From: an uncultured bacterium
Lineage (GTDB): Bacteria; Oederibacteriota; Oederibacteriia; Oederibacteriales; Oederibacteriaceae
DNA length: 64,000 bases
Assembly: GCA_965112635.1 (NCBI GenBank)
Contig: OZ218778.1
Location: 928,001-992,000 of the forward strand
Direction: 5' to 3'
This document shows positions 38,221 to 47,861 of the stretch, piece by piece; position 1 is the first letter of the stretch, and the number at the start of each line of letters is the position of its first letter. The position numbers and the translations under genes are program-made. The notes under the pieces were generated by a model. The model ran no database searches. It worked only from the letters and a program-made list of their open reading frames with translations, and had not been told where the DNA came from.

Positions 38221-38391
38221 CTAAGGTAAATTTTGATATAGCCCTTTACACCCAGATGTACCTTTTCTTTTATCTTTACATTCGGCGGCACCGGTATTCT
38301 TACAATTTTCACATAGAATCTTTTTACATTGGCTACATTTATAAGCTGTGGTTGTATTATTTCCGCAACCTTGGCATTTATAATCAGGCAT
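38221..38391 (-). CDS. Unlisted 56-aa, 8-cysteine zinc-finger protein
   Basis: My translation: MPDYKCQGCGNNTTTAYKCSQCKKILCENCKNTGAAECKDKRKGTSGCKGLYQNLP; AAGGAG RBS. Confidence 0.75.
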   Translation of the reverse strand: MPDYKCQGCGNNTTTAYKCSQCKKILCENCKNTGAAECKDKRKGTSGCKGLYQNLP

Positions 38392-38733
38392 TTTTTATTC
38401 TCCTTGTATTTTATTTATGATCTATTAATCTTACCACTTCGGCAAAGGACTTCATCAATTTGAAGATAAGAATGTTCATACCAGATGGAATCTTTTGAAT
38501 TCGCATATGGTTCCCAAAGGAATACCTATATAAATTGCTATGGCTTTAAGTTGGTTCGTGGGTGTCTGCCGGATTATCTCTAATAATGTAACTTTTTACT
38601 TACCGTTAGCTACTTCCTTAAAAACCACTCTTTCCTTACCCTTACTTTAGGGCTAGACTCTAAAGTTAAGCCATTCTAAGATTTTTATATATGAAGCTTT
38701 GGCTCTATTAAATTTAGCGGATCAGGAGCGTTT

Positions 38734-41244
38734 ATGCTAAGAGGTAGAACAAAAAAATTAAAAAACATAACGGTTGATACTTATGCCCATAAAGGGAAAA
38801 AACGCATAAATAATCCTCCAGTGGGGTTGGTTTCTAGCGCAACGGATAAACTAAATGGTCGGACAAAATACCAACATGATCCTCATATAGACCCTTTTTT
38901 GAGTTGGACAGGTAAAGCCGAAGGTATGAGTTTTGAAGTTCAAAACGTGAGCCTGCATATTCATGAAAGAATTGAACCGGAACGTATCATTAAGTCTTTT
39001 TTAAATCCGTTGAAACAGAATTCTCAGCTTTCTTTCTTTGATCAACCAGAAAATAATCCTCCATTGACAAAAGCTATTGATTTTTATCGACACGAGCAGG
39101 ATTGGACAAATCGTTTGATTGCTGGTGATTCTCTTCTGGTTATGAATTCACTTCTTAAAAAAGAAGGAATGGCTGGTAAAGTTCAAATGGTTTATATCGA
39201 TCCGCCCTATGGAATTAAATACAATTCGAACTTCCAGCCCTTTGTAAATAAGCGCGATGTTAAAGATGGGAATGACGCTGATATTCCTGCAGAACCTGAG
39301 ATGATTCAGGCCTTTCGTGATATATGGGAGATTGGCATACATAGCTATCTTACCTACCTTCGCGATCGGTTACTACTTGCTAAAGAACTGCTTCATGAAA
39401 GTGGAAGTTGTTTTGTACAGATAAGCGACGAGAATTTACACCATGTTAGGGAGATTTGTGATGAAATATTTGGCAAAGAAAATTTTATTGGTCTAATTTC
39501 CGTGACCAAAACGGCAGGTGGTCTCACTACAGCAAATAGAATTCCTTCAAGATTAGATTACTTAGTCTGGTACTCTAAAGAAATAGCTAAATTGAAATAT
39601 CATCAACTCTATTTTGAACGACCGGATGATATTGAATCTGGATTTAATCAACTTCTGTTGAAAAATGGGGCTGTACGTCGATTAACACTAGACGAGATTT
39701 CTAACCTAAACATAATTCCAAAGGGTTCAAAAATATTTAGATCGGATAGCCTTACAAAACCTGGGCCAGGTTCAAAATATACTATTGAATTAAATGGTCG
39801 AAAATACGACTCGGGTAATAGGTGGTGGGGATCGCCTAAAGAATCAATTCAGAAATTGATAGAAATTGGGCGGGTTAAACCTTTTGGTAATACGCTTAGA
39901 TATTTAAAATTTATTGATGATTTTCCTTTAAAACCTTTAAATAATCTTTGGGATGGGCTAGCTGGCGCAAAAGATATTATCTATGTTGTTCAAACTAATG
40001 ATGAAATAGTAAAAAGATGTCTTCTCATGACCACTGATCCTGGCGACCTTATTATTGACCCAACCTGTGGTTCTGGTACATCTGCTTATGTCGCTGAACA
40101 GTGGGGACGCAGATGGATTACTTGCGATACCTCTCGTGTTGCAATCACTCTTGCCAAACAAAGGCTTATGACTGCAAAGTTTGATTATTACGAGATTGCT
40201 CATCCAACAGAGGGTATTCGTAGCGGTTTTAAATATAAAATTGTACCTCATGTGACCCTTGCCTCTATTGCAAATAACGAACCTTCTAAAGAAGAAACTT
40301 TATATGACCAACCCTTTATTGAAAAGGGTAAGATTCGTGTAACGGGGCCTTTTACAGTTGAGGCAGTGCCGAGTCTCAGAGTAAAACCATTTGACGGACA
40401 TGAGCCAAAAATTGAGGCTGTGAGTGAACAGCTTAGCCGAATAGGTGAGACTGGTAAGCAGTCTGAATGGCGTGATGAGTTAAAATCTACTGGTATTCGT
40501 GCAATTGGTGGAAAAGTCATACAATTTACGCACCTCGAACCTATGGTAGCTACAAGATTTTTGCATGCTGAAGGCGAGATTATCGATTCAGATGGTGAAA
40601 ATAAGCGAGCATATATAAGCTTTGGTTCAGATTTTGGACCGCTAGAACAAAGACAGGTAGAAGAAGCTATAAAGGAAGCGCGGGTACTTAAGAATAAGCC
40701 ACACTTTGTAATTTTTGCAGCGTTTCATTTTGATCCTGAGGCAGCTAAGGATATTGACCAGATAAACTGGCCAGATGTAAAAATCCTTAAGGCTCAGATG
40801 AGTGTTGACCTTTTGACTAAAGACTTGCGTAAGAATCGTTCATCAAGTCACAGCTATTGGCTTATCGGACAGCCAGATGTAGAGGTGAGTAAGATGAGGG
40901 ACGAAAAATTTAAAGTAAAAGTGCATGGGTTTGATTATTACAATCCACTTACCGGTGAGATCGAATCTAAAGGCACAAAACATATTGCTATGTGGTTTTT
41001 GGATACGGATTATGATGAGAGAAGTCTTTATCCGGATCAAGTCTTCTTCCCGGAGAGTGACTCAAAACGAGGTTGGACAAGACTAGCAGATGCTTTGAAT
41101 GGAGAAATTAATGAGGATTTACTTGAAAAATTCTCTGGCGTTGAATCTCTGCCTTTTCTCGGTGGTGAAAATAAAAGGATAGCAGTTAAAATTATTGATA
41201 ATCGTGGAATTGAGTCTTTTGTGATTAAAAAATTGGAGAAATAA
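38734..41244 (+). CDS. Type III-like RM amino-methyltransferase (Mod), long form
   Basis: NRLIAGDSL, YIDPPYG and DPTCGSGT motifs (beta-class order). Confidence 0.92.
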   Translation: MLRGRTKKLKNITVDTYAHKGKKRINNPPVGLVSSATDKLNGRTKYQHDPHIDPFLSWTGKAEGMSFEVQNVSLHIHERIEPERIIKSFLNPLKQNSQLSFFDQPENNPPLTKAIDFYRHEQDWTNRLIAGDSLLVMNSLLKKEGMAGKVQMVYIDPPYGIKYNSNFQPFVNKRDVKDGNDADIPAEPEMIQAFRDIWEIGIHSYLTYLRDRLLLAKELLHESGSCFVQISDENLHHVREICDEIFGKENFIGLISVTKTAGGLTTANRIPSRLDYLVWYSKEIAKLKYHQLYFERPDDIESGFNQLLLKNGAVRRLTLDEISNLNIIPKGSKIFRSDSLTKPGPGSKYTIELNGRKYDSGNRWWGSPKESIQKLIEIGRVKPFGNTLRYLKFIDDFPLKPLNNLWDGLAGAKDIIYVVQTNDEIVKRCLLMTTDPGDLIIDPTCGSGTSAYVAEQWGRRWITCDTSRVAITLAKQRLMTAKFDYYEIAHPTEGIRSGFKYKIVPHVTLASIANNEPSKEETLYDQPFIEKGKIRVTGPFTVEAVPSLRVKPFDGHEPKIEAVSEQLSRIGETGKQSEWRDELKSTGIRAIGGKVIQFTHLEPMVATRFLHAEGEIIDSDGENKRAYISFGSDFGPLEQRQVEEAIKEARVLKNKPHFVIFAAFHFDPEAAKDIDQINWPDVKILKAQMSVDLLTKDLRKNRSSSHSYWLIGQPDVEVSKMRDEKFKVKVHGFDYYNPLTGEIESKGTKHIAMWFLDTDYDERSLYPDQVFFPESDSKRGWTRLADALNGEINEDLLEKFSGVESLPFLGGENKRIAVKIIDNRGIESFVIKKLEK

Positions 41245-41245
41245 A

Positions 41246-43948
41246 ATGCCAAAAAATATTGATAAATTAATTATCAATAAGCCATACGAGGAGCCACAAG
41301 AGCATTGGCTTTATATTAGAGAGACACAAGATTTTGAACTGAAGTCTGGAAGGCGGAAGTCAGGTTATTGGAGAGCAACTACAAGAAATATAACTAATTT
41401 TGACGATCCTGGTGAATTTGTTGAAATTGAATTGGTTAATAAAATCAGACCGCGAGTTAAGAAGTGGAAAGAAAATGATTATCCAAATATTACTGGTGTG
41501 ACTCGAAAGCTTTTAAGATTTTGGAATGATCATTCTTTAAGGCAACAACCTCTTTTCTGGTGTCAACTTGAGGCCATAGAAACAGCTATTTGGCTTACTG
41601 AGGCTAGCTTAGCCGAAAAGCAGGGTATAAATATTCTTAATGATGGTAGTGCATGGGAAAGGCAGTGTTTAAAACTTGCAACCGGAACTGGTAAAACTGT
41701 CATTATGGCAATGCTGATTGCTTGGCAGGCCCTTAATAAAATAGCTAATAATAAAGATTCTAGATTTTCTCGAAATATTTTAGTGGTTGCTCCTGGATTA
41801 ACAGTGCGCGATCGCTTACAGGTCTTAAAGCCGGAGAACGAGGACAATTTTTATCAGAGTTTCTTACTTGTTGATTCCACAATGTGGCAAGAGCTTTTAC
41901 AGGCTAAAATTATTGTGACTAACTGGCATACATTAGCGCCGTTTAATGAGAATTATGGTCCTAAAGTTGTTAAAAAAGGCCCAGAAAGTGAAGAAGCTTT
42001 TTTCCGTAGGGTTATTTCCGATTTTGGAAATGCTAAAAATATACTTGTTATTAACGATGAGGCTCATCATTGTCATAGGCCTTCTTCTGATGAAGATGAG
42101 GAAGAAAAAGATAAAGCAACTATATGGGTAAGCGGCATTGATCGAATCCATAACGCACGCGGCGTATTAAAGGCATACGATCTTACAGCTACGCCTTTTA
42201 AGCCTACAGGAATGAATAATTTGGGTGAACAACTTTTTACTTGGATTGTTAGCGATTTTGGACTGAATGATGCTATAGAGAGTGGACTTGTAAAAACCCC
42301 TAAAGTTGCTGTGCGGGATGATTCTAATGTGGGTCCTGATTTGAAATCAAAATTATTCCATATTTATCCCTCCGTAAAAGAGGATTTAAACCGTAGGGCT
42401 GAGCCACATGAGGGTTTACCTGATCTTGTGAGAAACGCTGTAAATATATTAGGTGGTGACTGGCTGAGAGAAAAAGAATCGTGGGAAAAGCAAAACCCTC
42501 CTAGAGAAACGCCGCCAGTTATTATTGTTATTTGCAATCGCACTGAAACAGCGGCTCGTTTGGAATATTCGCTAGAGAATGGATATTTTTCTATTAATGA
42601 ATTAAGTGACAAAAATAGATTTATTCGTATTGACCAGGATGCGTTAGATAAAATTGAATCTGGCGATGAAGATAAATTGATCGGTTCAGGAAAAGATTTG
42701 GTAAAAAAGGAACGTGATAAATTCAACACTGTTGGAAAAAAAGATCGACCAGGTGAGCAAATACAATGTGTTATTGGCGTAAACATGCTTTCGGAGGGAT
42801 GGGATGCTCGAACGGTTACTCACATCCTTGGTTTGCGTGCTTTCACAAGCCAACTTTTATGTGAGCAGGTTATAGGACGAGGTTTGCGCCGTATTTCTTA
42901 TGACGTTAATGATGATGGTTTTTATGAACCAGAATATGTGACTGTATTTGGTGTTCCTTTTACATTCCTTCCTGCTGAACAGAAAATCGGTGTGCCAAGG
43001 ATTGAGAAACCTAAAACAAAGATTGAACCTGTTGTGGATAGAAAGGAACTAAAGATTGATTGGCCTCATGTATTAAGAGTGGAATACAAACTGAGTTATT
43101 TTCTTGATCTTGATTGGAATAAATTAGAAAAACTTACCCTTTCCGCGGAAGACGCACCTACAATTGTAGAGGTTGCCCCTGTTATTGATGGTAAACCAAA
43201 ATATGACCAACTAAGTGAGATAGATTTAGAACGTCTTGCCGAAGAACATCGTTTACAACAACTAAAACTGCAGGCTGCAGTTAGACTACATGAACAATTA
43301 GGTAAAAACTGGGAGGGGGATGCCGGTAGTCATATTAGCCAACTGATGCAATTATTTGATGACTTTTTAATATCAAACAAACTTGATATTAAAGTCCCTC
43401 TATTTGCGGGTACGGAAAAGTTAAGAAATATTGTTATTGCTCTGAATGCTCAACGAATAATAAATCATATCGGCAATTTCATTCGCAGTTCTAGTAAAGA
43501 AATTCCAAATCTAGTTCTTGACCCTGTTAGACCAAAAAGAAGTACATCAACGGCTATGATCTGGTATACAACAAAACCTACACAGCCGGTGAAAAAGAGT
43601 CAAATAAGCCATATTGTTATTGATAGTGGTTGGGAAAAGGTTGGGTTTGAATTTGAGCGCAATAGGATTTCTAGTTTAATTTCTTGGGTAAAGAACGACC
43701 ACCTTGGATTTGAAATTTACTACCTTTGGCAAGGGCAAGCTAAAACTTATTATCCGGATTATATTATTAGATTTAATGCTGAACGCTACATGGTTCTTGA
43801 AATTAAAGGTCAGATAAAAGAACAGGATAAGGCAAAGTGGCAAGCTGCTAAAGAGTGGATACAGGCAGTTAATGCAAATGGTTTGTTTGGAACGTGGGAG
43901 TTCAAGGTACTAGATGATCCGAGATTGCTTTTTGAGGTTATTAAATAA
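41246..43948 (+). CDS. Type III-like restriction endonuclease/helicase (Res)
   Basis: KLATGTGKT, NDEAHH, MLSEGWD and EQVIGRGLRR motifs; C-terminal YPDY...LEIKG. Confidence 0.92.
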   Translation: MPKNIDKLIINKPYEEPQEHWLYIRETQDFELKSGRRKSGYWRATTRNITNFDDPGEFVEIELVNKIRPRVKKWKENDYPNITGVTRKLLRFWNDHSLRQQPLFWCQLEAIETAIWLTEASLAEKQGINILNDGSAWERQCLKLATGTGKTVIMAMLIAWQALNKIANNKDSRFSRNILVVAPGLTVRDRLQVLKPENEDNFYQSFLLVDSTMWQELLQAKIIVTNWHTLAPFNENYGPKVVKKGPESEEAFFRRVISDFGNAKNILVINDEAHHCHRPSSDEDEEEKDKATIWVSGIDRIHNARGVLKAYDLTATPFKPTGMNNLGEQLFTWIVSDFGLNDAIESGLVKTPKVAVRDDSNVGPDLKSKLFHIYPSVKEDLNRRAEPHEGLPDLVRNAVNILGGDWLREKESWEKQNPPRETPPVIIVICNRTETAARLEYSLENGYFSINELSDKNRFIRIDQDALDKIESGDEDKLIGSGKDLVKKERDKFNTVGKKDRPGEQIQCVIGVNMLSEGWDARTVTHILGLRAFTSQLLCEQVIGRGLRRISYDVNDDGFYEPEYVTVFGVPFTFLPAEQKIGVPRIEKPKTKIEPVVDRKELKIDWPHVLRVEYKLSYFLDLDWNKLEKLTLSAEDAPTIVEVAPVIDGKPKYDQLSEIDLERLAEEHRLQQLKLQAAVRLHEQLGKNWEGDAGSHISQLMQLFDDFLISNKLDIKVPLFAGTEKLRNIVIALNAQRIINHIGNFIRSSSKEIPNLVLDPVRPKRSTSTAMIWYTTKPTQPVKKSQISHIVIDSGWEKVGFEFERNRISSLISWVKNDHLGFEIYYLWQGQAKTYYPDYIIRFNAERYMVLEIKGQIKEQDKAKWQAAKEWIQAVNANGLFGTWEFKVLDDPRLLFEVIK

Positions 43949-43960
43949 AGAGGTGTCTAA

Positions 43961-44755
43961 GTGAGTCAATTTTTGCGCGATGAATATTTACGAAATCTTA
44001 CAATAACAGAAGATTGTTTAAAAAGAATAAACGATGATCTAGAGGAAATAATAAAAAAGCAAAATGAAACCTTAAATTTACAATTTACTGGACAGGATTT
44101 GATTGATCGGTTACTCATGCATTCATACATCATTAGATTTGATGGAAAAGGTTTTCGCTTGTTTGACTTTGAAAGTGCAATTAAATATTTTCAAGATGCT
44201 AAAAGGGTTGAACGATTTATTATTGTGGTCGATTCAATAAAAAGCATTAATCGGATTCATGGGCAAAGTATTGATTTGCGGCTAGATGCTATGGATATAA
44301 ATAACTGTTCAATTGTAGTTCAGGATGACAATGACACTTGGGTTGGTGCTACATTCAGTAGATTAAAGGAAAGATTAGATAAATATCATAATAAGAATTA
44401 CATGCTACAAAATAAATTTACTCCCTTTATACTTCAAATGGTGGGTGTTATTGTAGGCTTTTTTATAAGCTTTTGGATTGCTAGTGCAGTATCTCCTAAA
44501 TTAAATATTGATAATCCTTTTGCAGTATCATTTATTATTTTATTTATTATATTTTCAAACTGCTGGGTATGGATGTTCGACTTATCAAAAAGGATTATTA
44601 ACTATCTTTGGCCTAATATAGAATTCAAAAAGCGAGGCGAAATCCCTTGGCCTTTGAAAGGTATAATTAATTCAGTCATTGCATTATTTGTCCTCTATAT
44701 TTTTGGAATTATGCTATCAAAAGTATTGATATTCGTTAAATTGATATTGAAATAA
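43961..44755 (+). CDS. Membrane protein with a soluble N-domain and about 3 C-terminal TM helices
   Basis: Three hydrophobic segments after ~aa 155; GAGGTG RBS just after the res stop. Confidence 0.7.
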   Translation: MSQFLRDEYLRNLTITEDCLKRINDDLEEIIKKQNETLNLQFTGQDLIDRLLMHSYIIRFDGKGFRLFDFESAIKYFQDAKRVERFIIVVDSIKSINRIHGQSIDLRLDAMDINNCSIVVQDDNDTWVGATFSRLKERLDKYHNKNYMLQNKFTPFILQMVGVIVGFFISFWIASAVSPKLNIDNPFAVSFIILFIIFSNCWVWMFDLSKRIINYLWPNIEFKKRGEIPWPLKGIINSVIALFVLYIFGIMLSKVLIFVKLILK

Positions 44756-44826
44756 ACCTTATCAAATATAGTGTGGTAACAAGGTTTATGCATAGTATTT
44801 GTTGAGAATAAAAAAGGAGAAAAAAC

Positions 44827-47226
44827 ATGATCGATCCTAAAATAATTTCAATTCACAAGAAGTACTCTTTCTTGTTAAGTATGTCTGAAGATGATTTTCG
44901 CGACAAAGTTGTACGCCCTTTATTTTTGCGCATGAAACTTACTGATGGAAGGGATTTGTGTGGCGTAAATGAAAATGGAAGGGATACTCTTTTTATAGGA
45001 CAAAACAGTCTTAGGCAGGAAGAATTATATTATATACAAACAAAGAAAGGTAAATTGAATAAAACAGCAAAAGCAGCACAAAATGTGATTACTTCTATTA
45101 CACAATTAATAACTGCATTACAAACATGTTATATTTTTGTGACAAATAAAAGAAAGGTTTACCCTAGTCATGTGTTGTTGTGTGCAAGCGGAACAATTAA
45201 TGATGAGGCTCGAAAACATATATACGATACGGTTAAAGATCCGAGAGTTAAATTTTATGACAGCGATGATCTAATACCTTTAATTGACGAGTTGTATCCT
45301 GAATTATGGTTGGGTATTGATGCAGATAAATTACCTTATTTAAAAAATTTGAAAAAATGTTTAGAACAAATTAGTGAAAGTTCATTTTTAACAGATTTAG
45401 TGGCTGTAGATTCGAAATCCACAGTTGTTACAAATGAATTGTATGTTACGTTAAAACTAAATTTTTCTGAAGAAGCTACTAAGCAATATAGAGGCAAGAC
45501 GATTCATGAGCCCAAAATCGTTGAAATTCCAGCAGAGGCAATTTTAAGGAAGCCGCAAAATAATATTCTTATTTTGGGCGGACCAGGATCTGGGAAATCA
45601 ACAATTATTAAACGAATAGCTTATGTTTTGTGTGAGCAGCTTATAAAAGATAACCTTTCAGTAAATTTACCTGTTTTATTACGTGCGATTGATATCGTAG
45701 ATTCTCAAGATGATCTGATGAGCATTTGTAATAAATCAATGCAAGAAATCGCTTTATCTAGCAAACCATGCTTTTCGGTAGATGACTTACAAAACGGTAA
45801 CTTAACAATTTTAATTGATGCGCTTGATGAGGTCGCTGATGTAGATAAAATTAAAAAGATATTAAGTAAAGTTGAGGAGTTTGGCCAAAAGTTTATTAAG
45901 TGCAAGATAATTCTTACCTCTAGAGAATATACATATATTAAAAATTTAGAAGAACTGAAAAAATATGCAGAATACAGGGTAAGTAATATTGATTTTACTC
46001 AGGCAATGAAAATAATTGAGAAATTAAGCAAAAGAAAATCTTGCCCCAGAGGTGTTTTGCAGGAAACGATAAGACGGCTACAGGATATTCATGGAGTAAC
46101 CCTTAGTCCTTTGTTGGTAACAGTATTTGTAGCAACCTCAGACTATTCACGAAAAGATATACCAGCCAATATTACTGAGTTGTTTAAAAAATTCACTGAA
46201 ATGATGCTAGGAAGGTGGGATTCAACTAAGGGTCTTAGCCAACAATATCATTCCAATTTAAAGGATTTTCTTTTGAGAAGGTTGGCCTATGAAATGCATA
46301 AAGATGGAAAAGTTATTATTGATGAGAAATATTGCATAGAATTTTTTACTCAAGAATTAGAAATAAGGGGACAAAGACATAGTGATATTGCAATATTAAT
46401 ACAGGAAATATTACATCGTTCCGGTCTTTTCCGTTGTAATGAGGGAAAGGTTGAGTTTAGACATCTATTGCTACAAGAATTTTTTGCGGGAAGAGGTATC
46501 CAAAATCCTTCCGAAGTTATTGAATTGATTAAAGCACAATGGTGGCAACGTGCAATAATATTTTATTTTGGCGAAAATCCAGGTGATAGCAATACGCTGG
46601 AAAAGACAATTTCCGATTTAAATACAGTGAATGTTAATGAAAGATTTATAGCAACAGTTACATTAGGATTAGCTGTCCAGGCGTGTTATTTAATACATGT
46701 TTCCCATAAATATAACTTTTTACGTTGGATAATATTGGGATTAGCTGAAATTAAGGATGATTTACTTAAAGAAATATTAAATCAAGGGCACAAATATCCT
46801 ATTACATTATTTATTCTATATTATTTATTTGGGAGAGATTCAGTCGCATTTGATATTTTAGATAGGTGTTCACCAACCTTTTTAGAAGAAATACTCCAAG
46901 AATGCAAAAATGAAAACAGCAAAGAAACGGTCAGGTTTTGGTTTATTGTTGGATTATTTGAGTGTGGTTATTTAAAAGAGGCGCAAATACAATTAAAAAA
47001 TTTCAGGCCAAAAGATGAAAGGTTATTATTAGCTTTGCATTTGGGTTGTTGTTTGATAGAAAATGTTAAAGTAATTGATGGAGAAAAACGAATTCTAGCT
47101 CGAAAAATACGGGATGGTTTCACACCAAGAATTAACCATTTAATACTTCAGGTGAAAGATGAATATAAGTCGGATCTACTAGAAGTAAGGAAAAATAAAA
47201 TTGAGGCTATAGAATATAAGCAATAA
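44827..47226 (+). CDS. NACHT/STAND NTPase with an N-terminal restriction-endonuclease-like domain
   Basis: E..F...V.PLF ... E.G.D ... IQTK at the N-terminus; GGPGSGKS, LIDALDE, SPLL and FRH...QEFFA motifs. Confidence 0.88.
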   Translation: MIDPKIISIHKKYSFLLSMSEDDFRDKVVRPLFLRMKLTDGRDLCGVNENGRDTLFIGQNSLRQEELYYIQTKKGKLNKTAKAAQNVITSITQLITALQTCYIFVTNKRKVYPSHVLLCASGTINDEARKHIYDTVKDPRVKFYDSDDLIPLIDELYPELWLGIDADKLPYLKNLKKCLEQISESSFLTDLVAVDSKSTVVTNELYVTLKLNFSEEATKQYRGKTIHEPKIVEIPAEAILRKPQNNILILGGPGSGKSTIIKRIAYVLCEQLIKDNLSVNLPVLLRAIDIVDSQDDLMSICNKSMQEIALSSKPCFSVDDLQNGNLTILIDALDEVADVDKIKKILSKVEEFGQKFIKCKIILTSREYTYIKNLEELKKYAEYRVSNIDFTQAMKIIEKLSKRKSCPRGVLQETIRRLQDIHGVTLSPLLVTVFVATSDYSRKDIPANITELFKKFTEMMLGRWDSTKGLSQQYHSNLKDFLLRRLAYEMHKDGKVIIDEKYCIEFFTQELEIRGQRHSDIAILIQEILHRSGLFRCNEGKVEFRHLLLQEFFAGRGIQNPSEVIELIKAQWWQRAIIFYFGENPGDSNTLEKTISDLNTVNVNERFIATVTLGLAVQACYLIHVSHKYNFLRWIILGLAEIKDDLLKEILNQGHKYPITLFILYYLFGRDSVAFDILDRCSPTFLEEILQECKNENSKETVRFWFIVGLFECGYLKEAQIQLKNFRPKDERLLLALHLGCCLIENVKVIDGEKRILARKIRDGFTPRINHLILQVKDEYKSDLLEVRKNKIEAIEYKQ

Positions 47227-47594
47227 TAAATTGTAAAACTGAACGTTCTATTGCTAATGCTTTTTTGATTGCTTCGGCGTTTCTGCTCTTTTGTATCTAA
47301 TCTTTCCTGTTTTATCTTCCAAATAAAAACTCGAGTTATATCTCTTTTATTCTTATCAAATAATCCTTTGGAGATAGGGATGCCTTTTCTTACCTAAACT
47401 TCCTTTATAAATCTGTTGAGGGTCTGAGTGTCGGTATTTTAGTTACAAAGATGTTTGTGCTATTTTTGTTTTCCTTCAGTTATTAAAACCTCAATGATTC
47501 TTACCTAAATCTTACCTATATATCCGTGGATGGCCTTACCTCTAAGTTCATACAATATTTCTATGTCTAAAAAGAATAGAGAGGAGGGTTTCAA

Positions 47595-47849
47595 ATGGAT
47601 CCAAAACACAAGTTAGTTGAAAGCATTCTCATGCGCTACAAAAACAAAGTAAAAGAGTGCCGTCTAAGGGCACTTATTGATAAGCAAGAAGATCTAGCTC
47701 GTTTAACCGGAATTAACCGCAGTACTATTAACGCCTTAGAAAAAAACAGACTCTTTTTATCTTCTGCTTACGCTCTTCTGTTAGCTGAAAAATTAAACTG
47801 CAAGCTTGATGATCTTTTCGAAAAGGTAAATCAAGAAAAAACGATTTAA
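47595..47849 (+). CDS. XRE-family HTH regulator
   Basis: QEDLARLTGINRSTINALE...LA..L....DDLF; GAGGAGG RBS. Confidence 0.88.
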   Translation: MDPKHKLVESILMRYKNKVKECRLRALIDKQEDLARLTGINRSTINALEKNRLFLSSAYALLLAEKLNCKLDDLFEKVNQEKTI

Positions 47850-47861
47850 AAGGGGTTAACT

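Noticed and set aside
47230-47470. Minus-strand ORF between the NACHT and XRE genes
   Set aside because: An open stretch exists, but I found no convincing start, RBS or motif.
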